In this document: positions 27,043 through 36,587 of the stretch, piece by piece
Numbering within the stretch: position 1 is the stretch's first letter
Layout: the number at the start of each line of letters is the position of its first letter
Source of the DNA: an uncultured Gammaproteobacteria bacterium
GTDB lineage: Bacteria; Patescibacteriota; Microgenomatia; Levybacterales; UBA12049
Direction: 5' to 3'
NCBI GenBank assembly: GCA_964523705.1
Contig: CAZFYA010000002.1
Span: 47,114 to 111,113, forward strand
Length of the DNA: 64,000 bases
Notes under the pieces: generated by a model
Database searches by the model: none
Told to the model about the DNA's origin: nothing
Seen by the model: the letters and a program-made list of their open reading frames with translations, nothing else
Program-made: the position numbers and the translations under genes

Positions 27043-27972
27043 ATGGGAATTAAGGAAAATATAGATAGATTGCAACAAGAAAAACAACGACATATTGCTG
27101 AACAAGAAGCACGGAGAAAGAAAGAAAAAAGAGAAAGGGAAGCTGAGATAAAAAAAAGAGATGTTTTGTTTCAAGCACAAAACCGACTTAACGATGAGAT
27201 TTGCTCCGAAATCTTCCTCCCGCAGCTTATAGAATTAAATGATTTACTTAACTCTTCTAATGGTTCGCATCAAGACCTAAATATATATAAACTAAGCGAA
27301 ACATTTACTGCTATATATTATGGTGGGGAGACCACAGACGGTTGCTGCGTAAACGTAGTCTGTAATGGTTTTGTCTTAGCCGGAGGATACATTAGACGTT
27401 GGAAATTCGCAGCTTTATCTACTATAGGAGGGGAAAGCAAAACATACAGAGATCCAATTTTTGTAGGCAGGATGACTACAGCAAGGGCAATCAGTTGTAA
27501 CGTTGAAGAAAAAGTAGGGGGTTATAAAAAGTACAATTATCATGAAGGTGAAGATAAAGAAAATCATACTGGAATTATTCATGTAAAAAAATACACAGAT
27601 AGTCGTTTTGATGATGAAAACATTTTGGTTTGTGATATGAAAACTCAGAATTCTATAAAAAACTTATTGCTTCCTACTGACGATGGGTGGTTTCTAGGAA
27701 AAAATATTGAAGATAATCAAAGTGTTTTTGCCAGGCTTTTAGTAGATGCTGCAGAAGATGCAAATAAAAAAAATTTGTCAGGAGATGACAGTTTTTTTGT
27801 TGGGAACAATAATTATGGGACCTATAGAATCTATGTTCCATTAACTACTCCATCAGAACTTGATTATTATTTACCTCAAATACAAGATCCAAGATCCGAT
27901 CTAAGAAGGAAACTTAGCGAAAAAAGTGAAGAGATATTTATAGATATAGCTAAACGTAAACTTGGCTTATAA
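27043..27972 (+). CDS. Hypothetical protein (309 aa): N-terminal charged coiled coil, Cys-rich globular C-terminal domain; orphan gene between tRNA clusters
   Basis: Uninterrupted ORF with higher GC than neighbours. No recognised motif. CCVNVVCNG Cys cluster. Confidence 0.5.
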   Translation: MGIKENIDRLQQEKQRHIAEQEARRKKEKREREAEIKKRDVLFQAQNRLNDEICSEIFLPQLIELNDLLNSSNGSHQDLNIYKLSETFTAIYYGGETTDGCCVNVVCNGFVLAGGYIRRWKFAALSTIGGESKTYRDPIFVGRMTTARAISCNVEEKVGGYKKYNYHEGEDKENHTGIIHVKKYTDSRFDDENILVCDMKTQNSIKNLLLPTDDGWFLGKNIEDNQSVFARLLVDAAEDANKKNLSGDDSFFVGNNNYGTYRIYVPLTTPSELDYYLPQIQDPRSDLRRKLSEKSEEIFIDIAKRKLGL

Positions 27973-28102
27973 AACTAGCGTTTGACAACCCGTAAGGAAT
28001 ACTCTTAAATTAAAATGTAGTCTTAAACGTTGTGGGTTTTGAGGCTAGAATTCCGACCTTCTCCTTGCTGAAATTTTCTTTTTAAGCTAAAATAGGGAAT
28101 AC

Positions 28103-28185
28103 GCCGCGGTGGTGGAATGGCAGACACGAAGGCCTTAAGAGCCTTTGTCCGTAAGGACGTGAGAGTTCGACTCTCTCTCGCGGTA
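28103..28185 (+). tRNA. tRNA-Leu (anticodon UAA)
   Basis: GCCGCGGTGGTGGAATGGCAGACACGAAGGCCTTAAGAGCCTTTGTCCGTAAGGACGTGAGAGTTCGACTCTCTCTCGCGGTA. Long variable arm. Anticodon loop CTTAAGA. Confidence 0.8.
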
Positions 28186-28189
28186 CAAA

Positions 28190-29107
28190 TTAAACCTTAT
28201 TTAATTCTCCTTTAGATTTTAGATAAAAATAACCAATCATAAAGAAAGTAACAACAGGGGAAATACCAGCCGGAACATCATGACCAAAGCCTTCCAAAAG
28301 CATTATTACACCAAGCGCTAAAATTGAATACATTGCTCCATTTTTAAGATATCTAAATTTTTTTACTCTTTGAATATTACTAATAGTTAAGTTTCTCAAT
28401 ACTATTGCGCCAATACCATTTCCCAAAAAAATTAAAGGAACAGAAAAAGTAAAAGCAAAAGCTCCCAAAACCCCATCTATTGAAAAAGAGGCGTCAATTG
28501 CTTCTAAATATAAAAGCTTACTGATGTCTGACTTTCCACTATTTTTCGTTAATTTTCTTTCTTCCTGTTCTGCATATTGTTTAAATCCATGCGTTATAAA
28601 AAATATTGTAGAACCAAGTACAATTCCAAATGCTAATATTGGCTTTACTTCAAGACCAAACCAAACTAAAACAGTTAATAAAATTGAAACAACAGCATAA
28701 AACCATGCTCCTTGTTTTTGAAATAACGGTTCTATTCTTAAGCCAAAGTTTTTCGGTTCAATAAATAACCAATGCAAAAACAAAAAAACCAAAAATGTTC
28801 CACCTAAAGCTAAAAGCACTTCAAACGATTCATGAATTGCTTTTAAAGTACTTTTATCTGCTGAGAATGTTGCTGTAAGAGAGCCGATTGGACCAAGTGA
28901 TGGGTTTGCTATCCAAACAACTGCCCAGGGTAAAATACCCCTCATTAAAAATACAGCAAAGAAAATTCCCCAGGTTAAAAACCACTTCTTGGCTTTTTCC
29001 TGCATTGTTGATAAAACTTCAGCATTAATAATTGCATTATCTATACTTGATACAATTTCAAATGCACAAAGCCCAAGAACTGTTAGTAATAAAAAGAAAA
29101 TATCCAC
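28190..29107 (-). CDS. TerC/DUF475-family integral membrane protein
   Basis: EIVSSIDNAIINA and LEAIDASFSIDGVLGAFAFT repeat signatures typical of the TerC/YkoY-like family. About 9 TM. Confidence 0.5.
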   Translation of the reverse strand: MDIFFLLLTVLGLCAFEIVSSIDNAIINAEVLSTMQEKAKKWFLTWGIFFAVFLMRGILPWAVVWIANPSLGPIGSLTATFSADKSTLKAIHESFEVLLALGGTFLVFLFLHWLFIEPKNFGLRIEPLFQKQGAWFYAVVSILLTVLVWFGLEVKPILAFGIVLGSTIFFITHGFKQYAEQEERKLTKNSGKSDISKLLYLEAIDASFSIDGVLGAFAFTFSVPLIFLGNGIGAIVLRNLTISNIQRVKKFRYLKNGAMYSILALGVIMLLEGFGHDVPAGISPVVTFFMIGYFYLKSKGELNKV

Positions 29108-29200
29108 AACTTTAGATTATATCAATATTTTTCTAAAAATTGGTTATTAATATTTTATTTGTTATAATCTAGACTATTAATAACTACTGAAATTAAATAT

Positions 29201-29782
29201 ATGAACGAATTTTTTAGAAAAACAAGAGCAGGCATAGTAAAGTTAATTAACAAGAAACATTTTTTGGATTTCCTAATCGCAATTATAAGCATTCCTGTAA
29301 TGATAACTTTATTAATAAATAATGTATTAAACCTTCAGGAAAAAAATAAAAATGAAGTAGAAACTACAACAACTACAGCACAACAAATTATAATTCGCGA
29401 TAACCAAAACACAATTCCTTCGCCAACGGAAAAAGAGGAGGAAAAAATAACTCCAACGCCTTCTGAAAATTGTAAAAAGGAAATAGGACCAATAAGTATT
29501 TCATCTCCCAAAGAAGGAGAAGAAGTAGTAGATAATCCGGTCTGCATAACCATTAAACATGACCATGAAACCTACTGCACTGTTGTTTGGTCATATAGGA
29601 TAAATGGTGGCTCATGGTCTGAATACAGTAGTAACTCAGTTTGCTTGTATAACGTTCCAAAAGGGGAGATTAAGTTTGACTTAAGAGTACAAAGCACAGT
29701 ATCAGACGACCAGGAAACATTATCAAGAACCTTTATTTATAATGGGGAAGTCTTAGCTACAGAATCTGCTGAAATTAACTAA
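29201..29782 (+). CDS. Hypothetical membrane-anchored secreted protein (193 aa)
   Basis: N-terminal TM helix, Thr/Pro/Glu-rich linker, Cys-containing C-terminal domain. No family recognised. Confidence 0.4.
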   Translation: MNEFFRKTRAGIVKLINKKHFLDFLIAIISIPVMITLLINNVLNLQEKNKNEVETTTTTAQQIIIRDNQNTIPSPTEKEEEKITPTPSENCKKEIGPISISSPKEGEEVVDNPVCITIKHDHETYCTVVWSYRINGGSWSEYSSNSVCLYNVPKGEIKFDLRVQSTVSDDQETLSRTFIYNGEVLATESAEIN

Positions 29783-29825
29783 ATTACTTCTAATTTAAAC
29801 TTAATTTTGCTAAAATACGAATATA

Positions 29826-29899
29826 CGGGGACTAGCTCAGTTGGCTAGAGCGCGCGGTTTGGGACCGTGAGGTCGGAGGTTCGAGTCCTCTGTCCCCGA
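29826..29899 (+). tRNA. tRNA-Pro (anticodon UGG) with C1-G72 pair
   Basis: CGGGGACTAGCTCAGTTGGCTAGAGCGCGCGGTTTGGGACCGTGAGGTCGGAGGTTCGAGTCCTCTGTCCCCGA. Anticodon loop TTTGGGA. The C1-G72 pair is typical of bacterial tRNA-Pro. Confidence 0.8.
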
Positions 29900-29971
29900 C
29901 ACAAATTTTTTAAAACCACAATAAATGATTGATTTTAAATAGATATTATTTTAAAATTAAGTATTGGTTTT

Positions 29972-30634
29972 TTGTTTAAAAATATGGATTTATCAGACTT
30001 AGGTTCATTAGGAGATCTTGCAAAACAAATGGAAAATGCCTATTCAGAAGGAACAAAGGCAATGAGTCAAGCAGGAAAAGAAGTTGCAAAGGATATAAAG
30101 CCTGACTATAAAATTGTGGCAGATGTAAAAGCGTCGGCAAAAGTAGAAGGGCATAACTATAATGTTGATGCAACTATAACTTTTAATATTGAACTTGAAT
30201 CAGTGCTTCAAGCCGCTAACTCACCACTGGGAGACTTATCTTCTATATTAGATGGAATTGATACTAATCTTGGTGACAATAAAGATGCAGTAATAGAGCA
30301 ACTTAAACAGCCACGAGCAATAGGCGTGGTAAAAAATATCAAACTTAGAAAATTAGATTTATTCAACAATAAAGGAAAAGTAAAAGCCGAATTAAACAAA
30401 GACGGAACCCTGCTTGCAACTATTAAAGATGGAAAAATTCTGATAAACTTTGAGAGCGTTTTATCTTACCCAAAGCATTCAGATGTATATGTAGCAATAC
30501 CTACTATGGAAAAAATGCAAAAAAATATTGTAGTTAATATTAAGAATATTGAATCAAAAATTGATTTTAGTTGGACTGAAAAAGACAAAGATAATCTTAA
30601 AGTATCCGGAAGTCTAAAGTTTTCTAAAATTTAG
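29972..30634 (+). CDS. Hypothetical protein (220 aa)
   Basis: ORF immediately after tRNA-Pro. No motif recognised. Confidence 0.4.
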   Translation: MFKNMDLSDLGSLGDLAKQMENAYSEGTKAMSQAGKEVAKDIKPDYKIVADVKASAKVEGHNYNVDATITFNIELESVLQAANSPLGDLSSILDGIDTNLGDNKDAVIEQLKQPRAIGVVKNIKLRKLDLFNNKGKVKAELNKDGTLLATIKDGKILINFESVLSYPKHSDVYVAIPTMEKMQKNIVVNIKNIESKIDFSWTEKDKDNLKVSGSLKFSKI

Positions 30635-30762
30635 TTAATTTATCTTATGAAAAATTCAACGAATAAAACCATGCTTATAATAGGAAGTATCACCAGAAGC
30701 AGCAATAAAATTAATATACAGATTTTTCATACAATTATTACTAACATCAACCAATACTAAGG

Positions 30763-31743
30763 CTAATCGTGCTCGGGTGGTTCAATTCCTAGTGTTTTAA
30801 GCGAGTAGTCCAAAAGTTCTTTCATCTCACTTCTTCTATTTTCACTATTTAAAAGAATAGCAATTATCTTATGGCCTTTATAATCTAGATAAGTAATAAG
30901 ACACAAACCTGCTTCATCTGTATAGCCGATTTTAACTCCCTTAACCCCAGGATAAGTTGTTAAAAGATTTGTCTCATTTTCTAAGATGTACTCCTTATGT
31001 TTTAGGGTTTTATCAATTTTAAACTCTACGGTTGAACAAACCTTACTAAAGGTCGGGAAGTTTTTTAAAGCATAGTTCGTAATTACCAATAAATCATAAG
31101 CTGTTGTATATTGATTTCCGTCTCCTTCAAGCCCTGAAGGATTAGTAAAATTAGTATCTTTTAACCCTAGTGCCTTTGCCTTATCATTCATTGCTTTAAT
31201 AAAAGCAGCTCTTCCTCCCTCGTAATTTGTTGCCAATACTTCAGCTGCATCGTTTCCTGAGCGAAGAACTAAGCCGTAAAGCAATTCTTCAAGGGTTAAG
31301 ACTTCTCCTTCATTAAGTCCCATCATACTTTCACCGACAATGCATTCCTTTTTAACTAAATAATTATCATCTTTTTTGGGGTTCTCAAGCGCAATTATTG
31401 CGGTCATAATTTTAGTAAGTGAGGCCATAGGAAGTTTTTCCTTTGGGTTTTTTTCAAATAATACTATCTTATCAGTTAAATCATAAACCAATACGGATTT
31501 AGCAGTTAATTCAGGCTCTTTTATACTTGTATTTTGTTTTTCATCAAGTGTTGGGAGCCAAGGATTAATAGTTGTTACCTGGTAGTTTTGAAAAATTGTT
31601 AAAAAATCCGGAATTGGGGAGAGAAGCGTAATTCCTTTGCTGCTTTTAATATTATACTTAAGGTATAAAAAAAATACAGATATAAATACAAAAATTATTA
31701 TTAAAATAAAAAATGATATTTTTTTCATTTGAAAATTAAACAA
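30763..31743 (-). CDS. dacA: D-alanyl-D-alanine carboxypeptidase (S11 family, PBP5/6-like)
   Basis: Signal/TM anchor. SxxK (MASLTK), SxN (RSGND) and KTG-like motifs. Confidence 0.8.
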   Translation of the reverse strand: MFNFQMKKISFFILIIIFVFISVFFLYLKYNIKSSKGITLLSPIPDFLTIFQNYQVTTINPWLPTLDEKQNTSIKEPELTAKSVLVYDLTDKIVLFEKNPKEKLPMASLTKIMTAIIALENPKKDDNYLVKKECIVGESMMGLNEGEVLTLEELLYGLVLRSGNDAAEVLATNYEGGRAAFIKAMNDKAKALGLKDTNFTNPSGLEGDGNQYTTAYDLLVITNYALKNFPTFSKVCSTVEFKIDKTLKHKEYILENETNLLTTYPGVKGVKIGYTDEAGLCLITYLDYKGHKIIAILLNSENRRSEMKELLDYSLKTLGIEPPEHD

Positions 31744-31744
31744 T

Positions 31745-32380
31745 CTAAAGTTTTACTGCACTTTTTATAGTATATTTTCCAACACCTGTTCTTACAAGGT
31801 CTTTTAAATATCCTCCTGTTTTTAATTTTTCTCCTAAGTCCCTGGCAATTGAGCGAATATATGTTCCTGAACCACAAGTTATTTCAAGCTTTAAAATAGG
31901 GTATTTATAATCTAATATCTTTATTTTATAAACCTTAACTTTTCTAGGAGGTAGTTTAAATTTCTCATTTTTTCTGGCTTTTTTATACGCTTCCTGTCCA
32001 TTAATCTTTATGGCTGAGAATATTGGTGGTGTTTGTAAAATCTCACCCTTAAATTGACTTAAAACATCTTTAAGCTCTTTTTTACTTGGAATAATACTAC
32101 TCACTTTTTTAATTTCTCCCTCGCTATCATCTGTTAATGATGTTTTTCCAAGTTCAATTTCAGCCACATAGGTCTTTTTTGTTCTTTTTGAAATTTCTCC
32201 AAGTTTTTTGGTTGCCTCTCGTCCAACACCAACAACTAATACTCCTCTTGCCATTGGATCAAGCGTTCCTGCGTGTCCGACTTTTTCTTTCTTGTATTTC
32301 TTTTTAAATTTATACAAAATCTTATTTGATGAGATACCCTTTGGCTTATTTATCGCAAACACTTTATTTAAGTAATTCAT
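31745..32380 (-). CDS. truB: tRNA pseudouridine(55) synthase, short form without PUA domain
   Basis: FAINKPKGISSNKILYKFKK...GHAGTLDPMARGVLVVGVG (catalytic Asp in GTLDP). Start taken at MNYLNKVF (32380). Confidence 0.8.
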   Translation of the reverse strand: MNYLNKVFAINKPKGISSNKILYKFKKKYKKEKVGHAGTLDPMARGVLVVGVGREATKKLGEISKRTKKTYVAEIELGKTSLTDDSEGEIKKVSSIIPSKKELKDVLSQFKGEILQTPPIFSAIKINGQEAYKKARKNEKFKLPPRKVKVYKIKILDYKYPILKLEITCGSGTYIRSIARDLGEKLKTGGYLKDLVRTGVGKYTIKSAVKL

Positions 32381-32429
32381 GTAATTTAGTATAGCAAAAA
32401 GCCTAATTCTGTGGTATAATTTAACTCCA

Positions 32430-32699
32430 TTGAAAAAAACTACTAGACGTGTCTGCTTTGAATGCGGATCAAAATTAATACTTGTCAGCAAAATTACCCG
32501 AAAAATTGAGGGGTCTCGCTTTACACAAACAGTTTGTGAATACCGTTGTTCAAATGTCGCTTGCCAGACAAAAAAAGATAAAGAAAAAGAAACAAGAATA
32601 AAACTAATGAAAGAAAAAGAAAAAGCCGATAAAAAAAGAAAAAAGGATAAATTAAAAGCAAAAAAAAATATTGTTTTAAGAAGAATTAAAAAAACTTAA
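32430..32699 (+). CDS. Small zinc-ribbon protein with Lys-rich tail (89 aa)
   Basis: CxxC...C..C (CFECGSK...CEYRCSNVAC). Basic, Lys-rich C-terminus. Divergent from truB. Confidence 0.35.
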   Translation: MKKTTRRVCFECGSKLILVSKITRKIEGSRFTQTVCEYRCSNVACQTKKDKEKETRIKLMKEKEKADKKRKKDKLKAKKNIVLRRIKKT

Positions 32700-32833
32700 A
32701 GCTACCACATTGCCTACTAATTTTTTGCTTGAAAGAAAAGATATACTTCAACTGTATTAAATAAGCTATTAAGAACTTATTTTTAAAAATTAAGCCTGTC
32801 TTAAATACCAAGAAAGGCAAAATTATATTAGTA

Positions 32834-34102
32834 GTGGTTATTATTTTCTTAACCACTCTATTTTTGTATTTAACAAACGACAAAAGAGAGGAAATAACGT
32901 ATCAAACCGATACGGCAATTAAGGGAACCTTAATTGCCTCAATTGAGGGATCGGGAACCATAAATTCAGGCAATAGTACAGATATCCAAACTAAGGTTTC
33001 AGGCGTTGTAAGTAAAGTCTATGTTACTAATGGTGATACAGTTGAAAAAGGACAACAGATTGCCTTAGTTGAGCTGGATGAATACGCACTTGAGAGGCAA
33101 AATGCCGCCTGGGTTGATTATTTAGAAGCATTAGAAGATGTAAAAGATTCAGAGAGAGCTAAAGCAACAGCAGACATTGCCATGTGGGAAGCAAGACAGG
33201 ACATTATTGATGCTGAAGAAGATATTAAATATTATCAGGAAAACCCCATAAACCAAACAACAGGAGAAGAATATACGGTTAATGAAAAAGCAATCATTGA
33301 TAAATCCCTTGATGAAGCAAATAAAGCTTACAGTGCAGCAGAAATAAAATACAAGGATGCTGATGCAAAAATAGCCGATTATAATACAAAAGTAAGCTCA
33401 GCCTTAAGAGATTATCAGCAAAATTCTGCAATTATTTATGCACCAACTTCAGGAGTAATAAGTGACTTAACTCTTGCACCAAATGTAGTTGTTGCCGCCT
33501 CATCAAGTATTAGTAATACCAGTGGTCAAACCATAATCTCTTCGCAAACTGTTGGAAAAATAAACAATCCAACCGGACAAATTATCGCAACTATTACTCT
33601 TTCCGAGGTAGATATTATAAGCGTTAAGGCAAACCAAAAAACTACCCTGACTTTAGACGCTTATCCCGATAAAACATTTACCGGAAAGGTATTAGGTGTA
33701 AATACCAGCGGGACAGTTAGCTCTGGAGTAACCTCATATCCTGTTACCATACTTTTAGATAAAGTTGATGTTGATATTTATCCCAATATGGCAGTAAACG
33801 CAATAATAATTACCTCTGTTAAAACTGATGTTATTTTAATTCCAACAACCGCAATTACAACTGTAAATAATGCCTCAACCGTTCAAGTTAAAAAAGATAA
33901 TGAAATTTTAACAATTACCATTGAAATAGGAAGCTCAAATGACACTCAAACAGAAATTATTTCCGGAATAAGTAAGGGAGATGAAATTATAACATCTGTA
34001 ATTAATGAAAATAGCAGTAAGGAAGACAATACAACCTCTCCTTTTAGCGGGGTAGGAAACAGAAGTACAGGTGGTAGTAGAATGCCGATGGGAGGACTTT
34101 AA
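32834..34102 (+). CDS. HlyD-family periplasmic adaptor / membrane fusion protein (MacA-like), module 1
   Basis: N-terminal TM anchor. Biotinyl-lipoyl-like GQQIALVELDE. Long coiled coil. Beta-barrel region. Confidence 0.7.
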   Translation: MVIIFLTTLFLYLTNDKREEITYQTDTAIKGTLIASIEGSGTINSGNSTDIQTKVSGVVSKVYVTNGDTVEKGQQIALVELDEYALERQNAAWVDYLEALEDVKDSERAKATADIAMWEARQDIIDAEEDIKYYQENPINQTTGEEYTVNEKAIIDKSLDEANKAYSAAEIKYKDADAKIADYNTKVSSALRDYQQNSAIIYAPTSGVISDLTLAPNVVVAASSSISNTSGQTIISSQTVGKINNPTGQIIATITLSEVDIISVKANQKTTLTLDAYPDKTFTGKVLGVNTSGTVSSGVTSYPVTILLDKVDVDIYPNMAVNAIIITSVKTDVILIPTTAITTVNNASTVQVKKDNEILTITIEIGSSNDTQTEIISGISKGDEIITSVINENSSKEDNTTSPFSGVGNRSTGGSRMPMGGL

Positions 34103-34105
34103 GAA

Positions 34106-34789
34106 ATGACAACCTCTCTTATAAAGACTGAGAACCTCACTAAAATTTACAAAACTAGTGATTTGGAAACAAAAGCGCTAGAAAATATTAATCTTAAAAT
34201 TAGTAAAGGTGATTTTGTAGCAATTATGGGCCCTTCAGGTAGTGGAAAATCCACCTTAATGCATATATTAGGTGCTTTAGATTTACCCACCGAAGGCAAA
34301 TATTTTTTAGACAATCAAGACGTAGGTAAGCTGACTGATGATAAACTCGCAGAAATAAGAAATAAGAAAATTGGTTTTGTTTTCCAGGCATACAATTTAC
34401 TTCCCAGAATTTCCGCTTTAGAAAACGTAGTAATACCAATGGAATATGCAAATATTGATGAAGAAAGTGCCAAAAAAAAAGCCAAACAATTATTAGAAAT
34501 GGTTGGGCTTTTAGATAGATTAAATTATCCTCCGAACAAATTATCGGGTGGACAACAACAAAGAGTGGCAATTGCAAGAGCTTTAGTAATGGATCCGGCA
34601 ATCATCTTAGCTGATGAACCAACCGGAAACATTGCCTCAATCCAAGCAGAAGAAATAATGTCAATTTTTAAAAAATTAAATAAAAAAGGCCATACGATTA
34701 TTATGATTACCCATGAACCAGATATCGCAAGGCATGCAAAAAAAATTATCTTTATAAAAGACGGCAAAATTATCAAACAAAAAATATGA
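34106..34789 (+). CDS. ABC transporter ATP-binding protein (MacB/LolD-type), module 1
   Basis: Walker A GPSGSGKST. Signature LSGGQQQRVAIARAL. Walker B ILADEPTG. Confidence 0.9.
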   Translation: MTTSLIKTENLTKIYKTSDLETKALENINLKISKGDFVAIMGPSGSGKSTLMHILGALDLPTEGKYFLDNQDVGKLTDDKLAEIRNKKIGFVFQAYNLLPRISALENVVIPMEYANIDEESAKKKAKQLLEMVGLLDRLNYPPNKLSGGQQQRVAIARALVMDPAIILADEPTGNIASIQAEEIMSIFKKLNKKGHTIIMITHEPDIARHAKKIIFIKDGKIIKQKI

Positions 34790-36009
34790 AATTACTAAGA
34801 TTAGTTAAAAATGGCTTTAAAAACCTATCAATTAATAAGATGAGAACAGGTCTTGCAATACTTGGCATTATTATTGGAATCGGAAGCGTAATTACCTTAG
34901 TTTCCATGGGTGAGGCAAGTAAACTTGCTGTTCAATCACAAATTCAATCAATCGGCTCAAATCTCTTAACTGTTTCCCCGGGCTTTCAATCATCAGGAGG
35001 AGTAAGAGGAGCAATGGGACAAGCAACAACTCTTACTAATGATGACGCTAAAGCAATAAAAACATCGGAGAAAATAACAACCATTAAAAACGTATCACCT
35101 GAATATCAGGGAAGAGAACAAGTTATTTACCAAGGGAATAATACTAATACACAAATCATCGGAGTTGAATCAGTTTACGCTGAAGTTAGAAAAATAAACA
35201 TGGCTTCTGGAAGTTTTATTACAGCACAACAAAATAGTGCAATATCCAAGGTTGCAGTTCTTGGACCAACTGTAGTTAGTGATTTATTCGGTGAAAATAT
35301 AAATCCAATTGGAAAATCAATTAGGATTTCAGGAAAATCCTTTACTGTAATTGGCGTTACCAAGTCAAAAGGCGGATCGGGAATGGACAATACTGATGAT
35401 CGAATATACATTCCTCTTTCAACTGCTCAAAAACAAGTTTTTGGGATTAAATATTTAACTTCTATTGCTCTGGAGGCAAAAAGTGAGGACGTTATGACAA
35501 AAGCACAAAACGAAGTAGGCTACCTTCTTTTAGAAAAGCATAAGATTTCAGATGTAGCAAATGCTGATTTTCGAATTATGTCACAGGCTGACATTTTAGA
35601 AACAGCCTCTTCAGTTACTCAAACCTTCACAACCCTTCTTGCTGGAGTAGCAGCAATTTCTCTTTTAGTAGGAGGAATTGGAATTATGAATATTATGCTT
35701 ATGTCAGTAACTGAGCGAACAAGGGAAATAGGTTTAAGAAAAGCACTTGGCGCAAAGAGAAAAAATATCATTCAGCAATTTTTAGCTGAATCCATTATTC
35801 TCACTTTTTCAGGAGGAATAATTGGAGTTTTTTTAGGAATTTTAGGATTTTATATCTACTCAACAATAAATGAATCCACTTTTATAATCTCCCCAACTTC
35901 AGTTTTACTTGCTTTTTTTGTATCTGTTGGAATTGGTATAATTTTTGGCTGGTATCCTGCTCAAAAAGCAGCCAAGCTTCAACCAATAGAAGCTCTAAAA
36001 TATGAGTAA
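34786..36009 (+). CDS. ABC transporter permease (FtsX/MacB-type with periplasmic domain), module 1
   Basis: N-terminal TM, large periplasmic domain, C-terminal FtsX-like 3-TM bundle. Overlaps the ATPase gene by 4 nt. Confidence 0.85.
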   Translation: MKLLRLVKNGFKNLSINKMRTGLAILGIIIGIGSVITLVSMGEASKLAVQSQIQSIGSNLLTVSPGFQSSGGVRGAMGQATTLTNDDAKAIKTSEKITTIKNVSPEYQGREQVIYQGNNTNTQIIGVESVYAEVRKINMASGSFITAQQNSAISKVAVLGPTVVSDLFGENINPIGKSIRISGKSFTVIGVTKSKGGSGMDNTDDRIYIPLSTAQKQVFGIKYLTSIALEAKSEDVMTKAQNEVGYLLLEKHKISDVANADFRIMSQADILETASSVTQTFTTLLAGVAAISLLVGGIGIMNIMLMSVTERTREIGLRKALGAKRKNIIQQFLAESIILTFSGGIIGVFLGILGFYIYSTINESTFIISPTSVLLAFFVSVGIGIIFGWYPAQKAAKLQPIEALKYE

Positions 36010-36035
36010 TTTTGAAGGGAGGTGGAAAAAATAAC

Positions 36036-36485
36036 ATGAAAAAAAATAATACGCTACTTATAATTATTATTGCTGTAATTACCTTAATAATTGGTTTTTT
36101 TGGCGGCATGCAATATCAAAAAGGACAAGTAAGCTCCTGGAATAGAGCAAGAGATGGACAGATTACAAATCAAAATCCACAAGGCCAAACAAACGGACAA
36201 AGAGGAATAAATCCACAAAATGGAAATACAAGAGGAGGAATGATAAACGGAGAAATAACTGCAAAAGACGAAAACAGTATTACTGTTAAAACCGTTGATG
36301 GTGGTAGTAAGATTGTAATCTTTTCTGAAAGCACAAGTATTAACAAATCAAGTGAAGCAACTGTTTCGGATTTAGCTGTTGGGGAAACTGTTTCTGCTTT
36401 TGGAACTACAAATTCCGACGGGAGTATACTTGCTGAAACAATTCAGCTTAATCCAGTTTTTAAAAACAATCCCGTACAAAAATAA
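36036..36485 (+). CDS. Small membrane-anchored secreted protein with Gly/Gln/Asn-rich linker and C-terminal beta-domain (DUF5666-like)
   Basis: RBS gaagggaggtgg precedes ATG at 36036. TM anchor. GQTNGQRGINPQNGNTRGG low-complexity linker. Domain ITAKDENSITVKTVDGGSKIVIF...DLAVGETVSAFGTTNSDGSILAETIQL. Confidence 0.4.
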   Translation: MKKNNTLLIIIIAVITLIIGFFGGMQYQKGQVSSWNRARDGQITNQNPQGQTNGQRGINPQNGNTRGGMINGEITAKDENSITVKTVDGGSKIVIFSESTSINKSSEATVSDLAVGETVSAFGTTNSDGSILAETIQLNPVFKNNPVQK

Positions 36486-36587
36486 GTCTTGTGCTCAATC
36501 TTATTGCATTTTATAATGTTATTAATTAAGCTTTTTAAGTTTTAACATAATTGACAAATAAAATTTTAAAAAGCATACTAAAAAACA

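Noticed and set aside
28020-28060. A sixth copy of the conserved element at ~28028 (ttttgaggcta)
   Set aside because: Only 11 nt match. This is below what I would accept without a statistical search.
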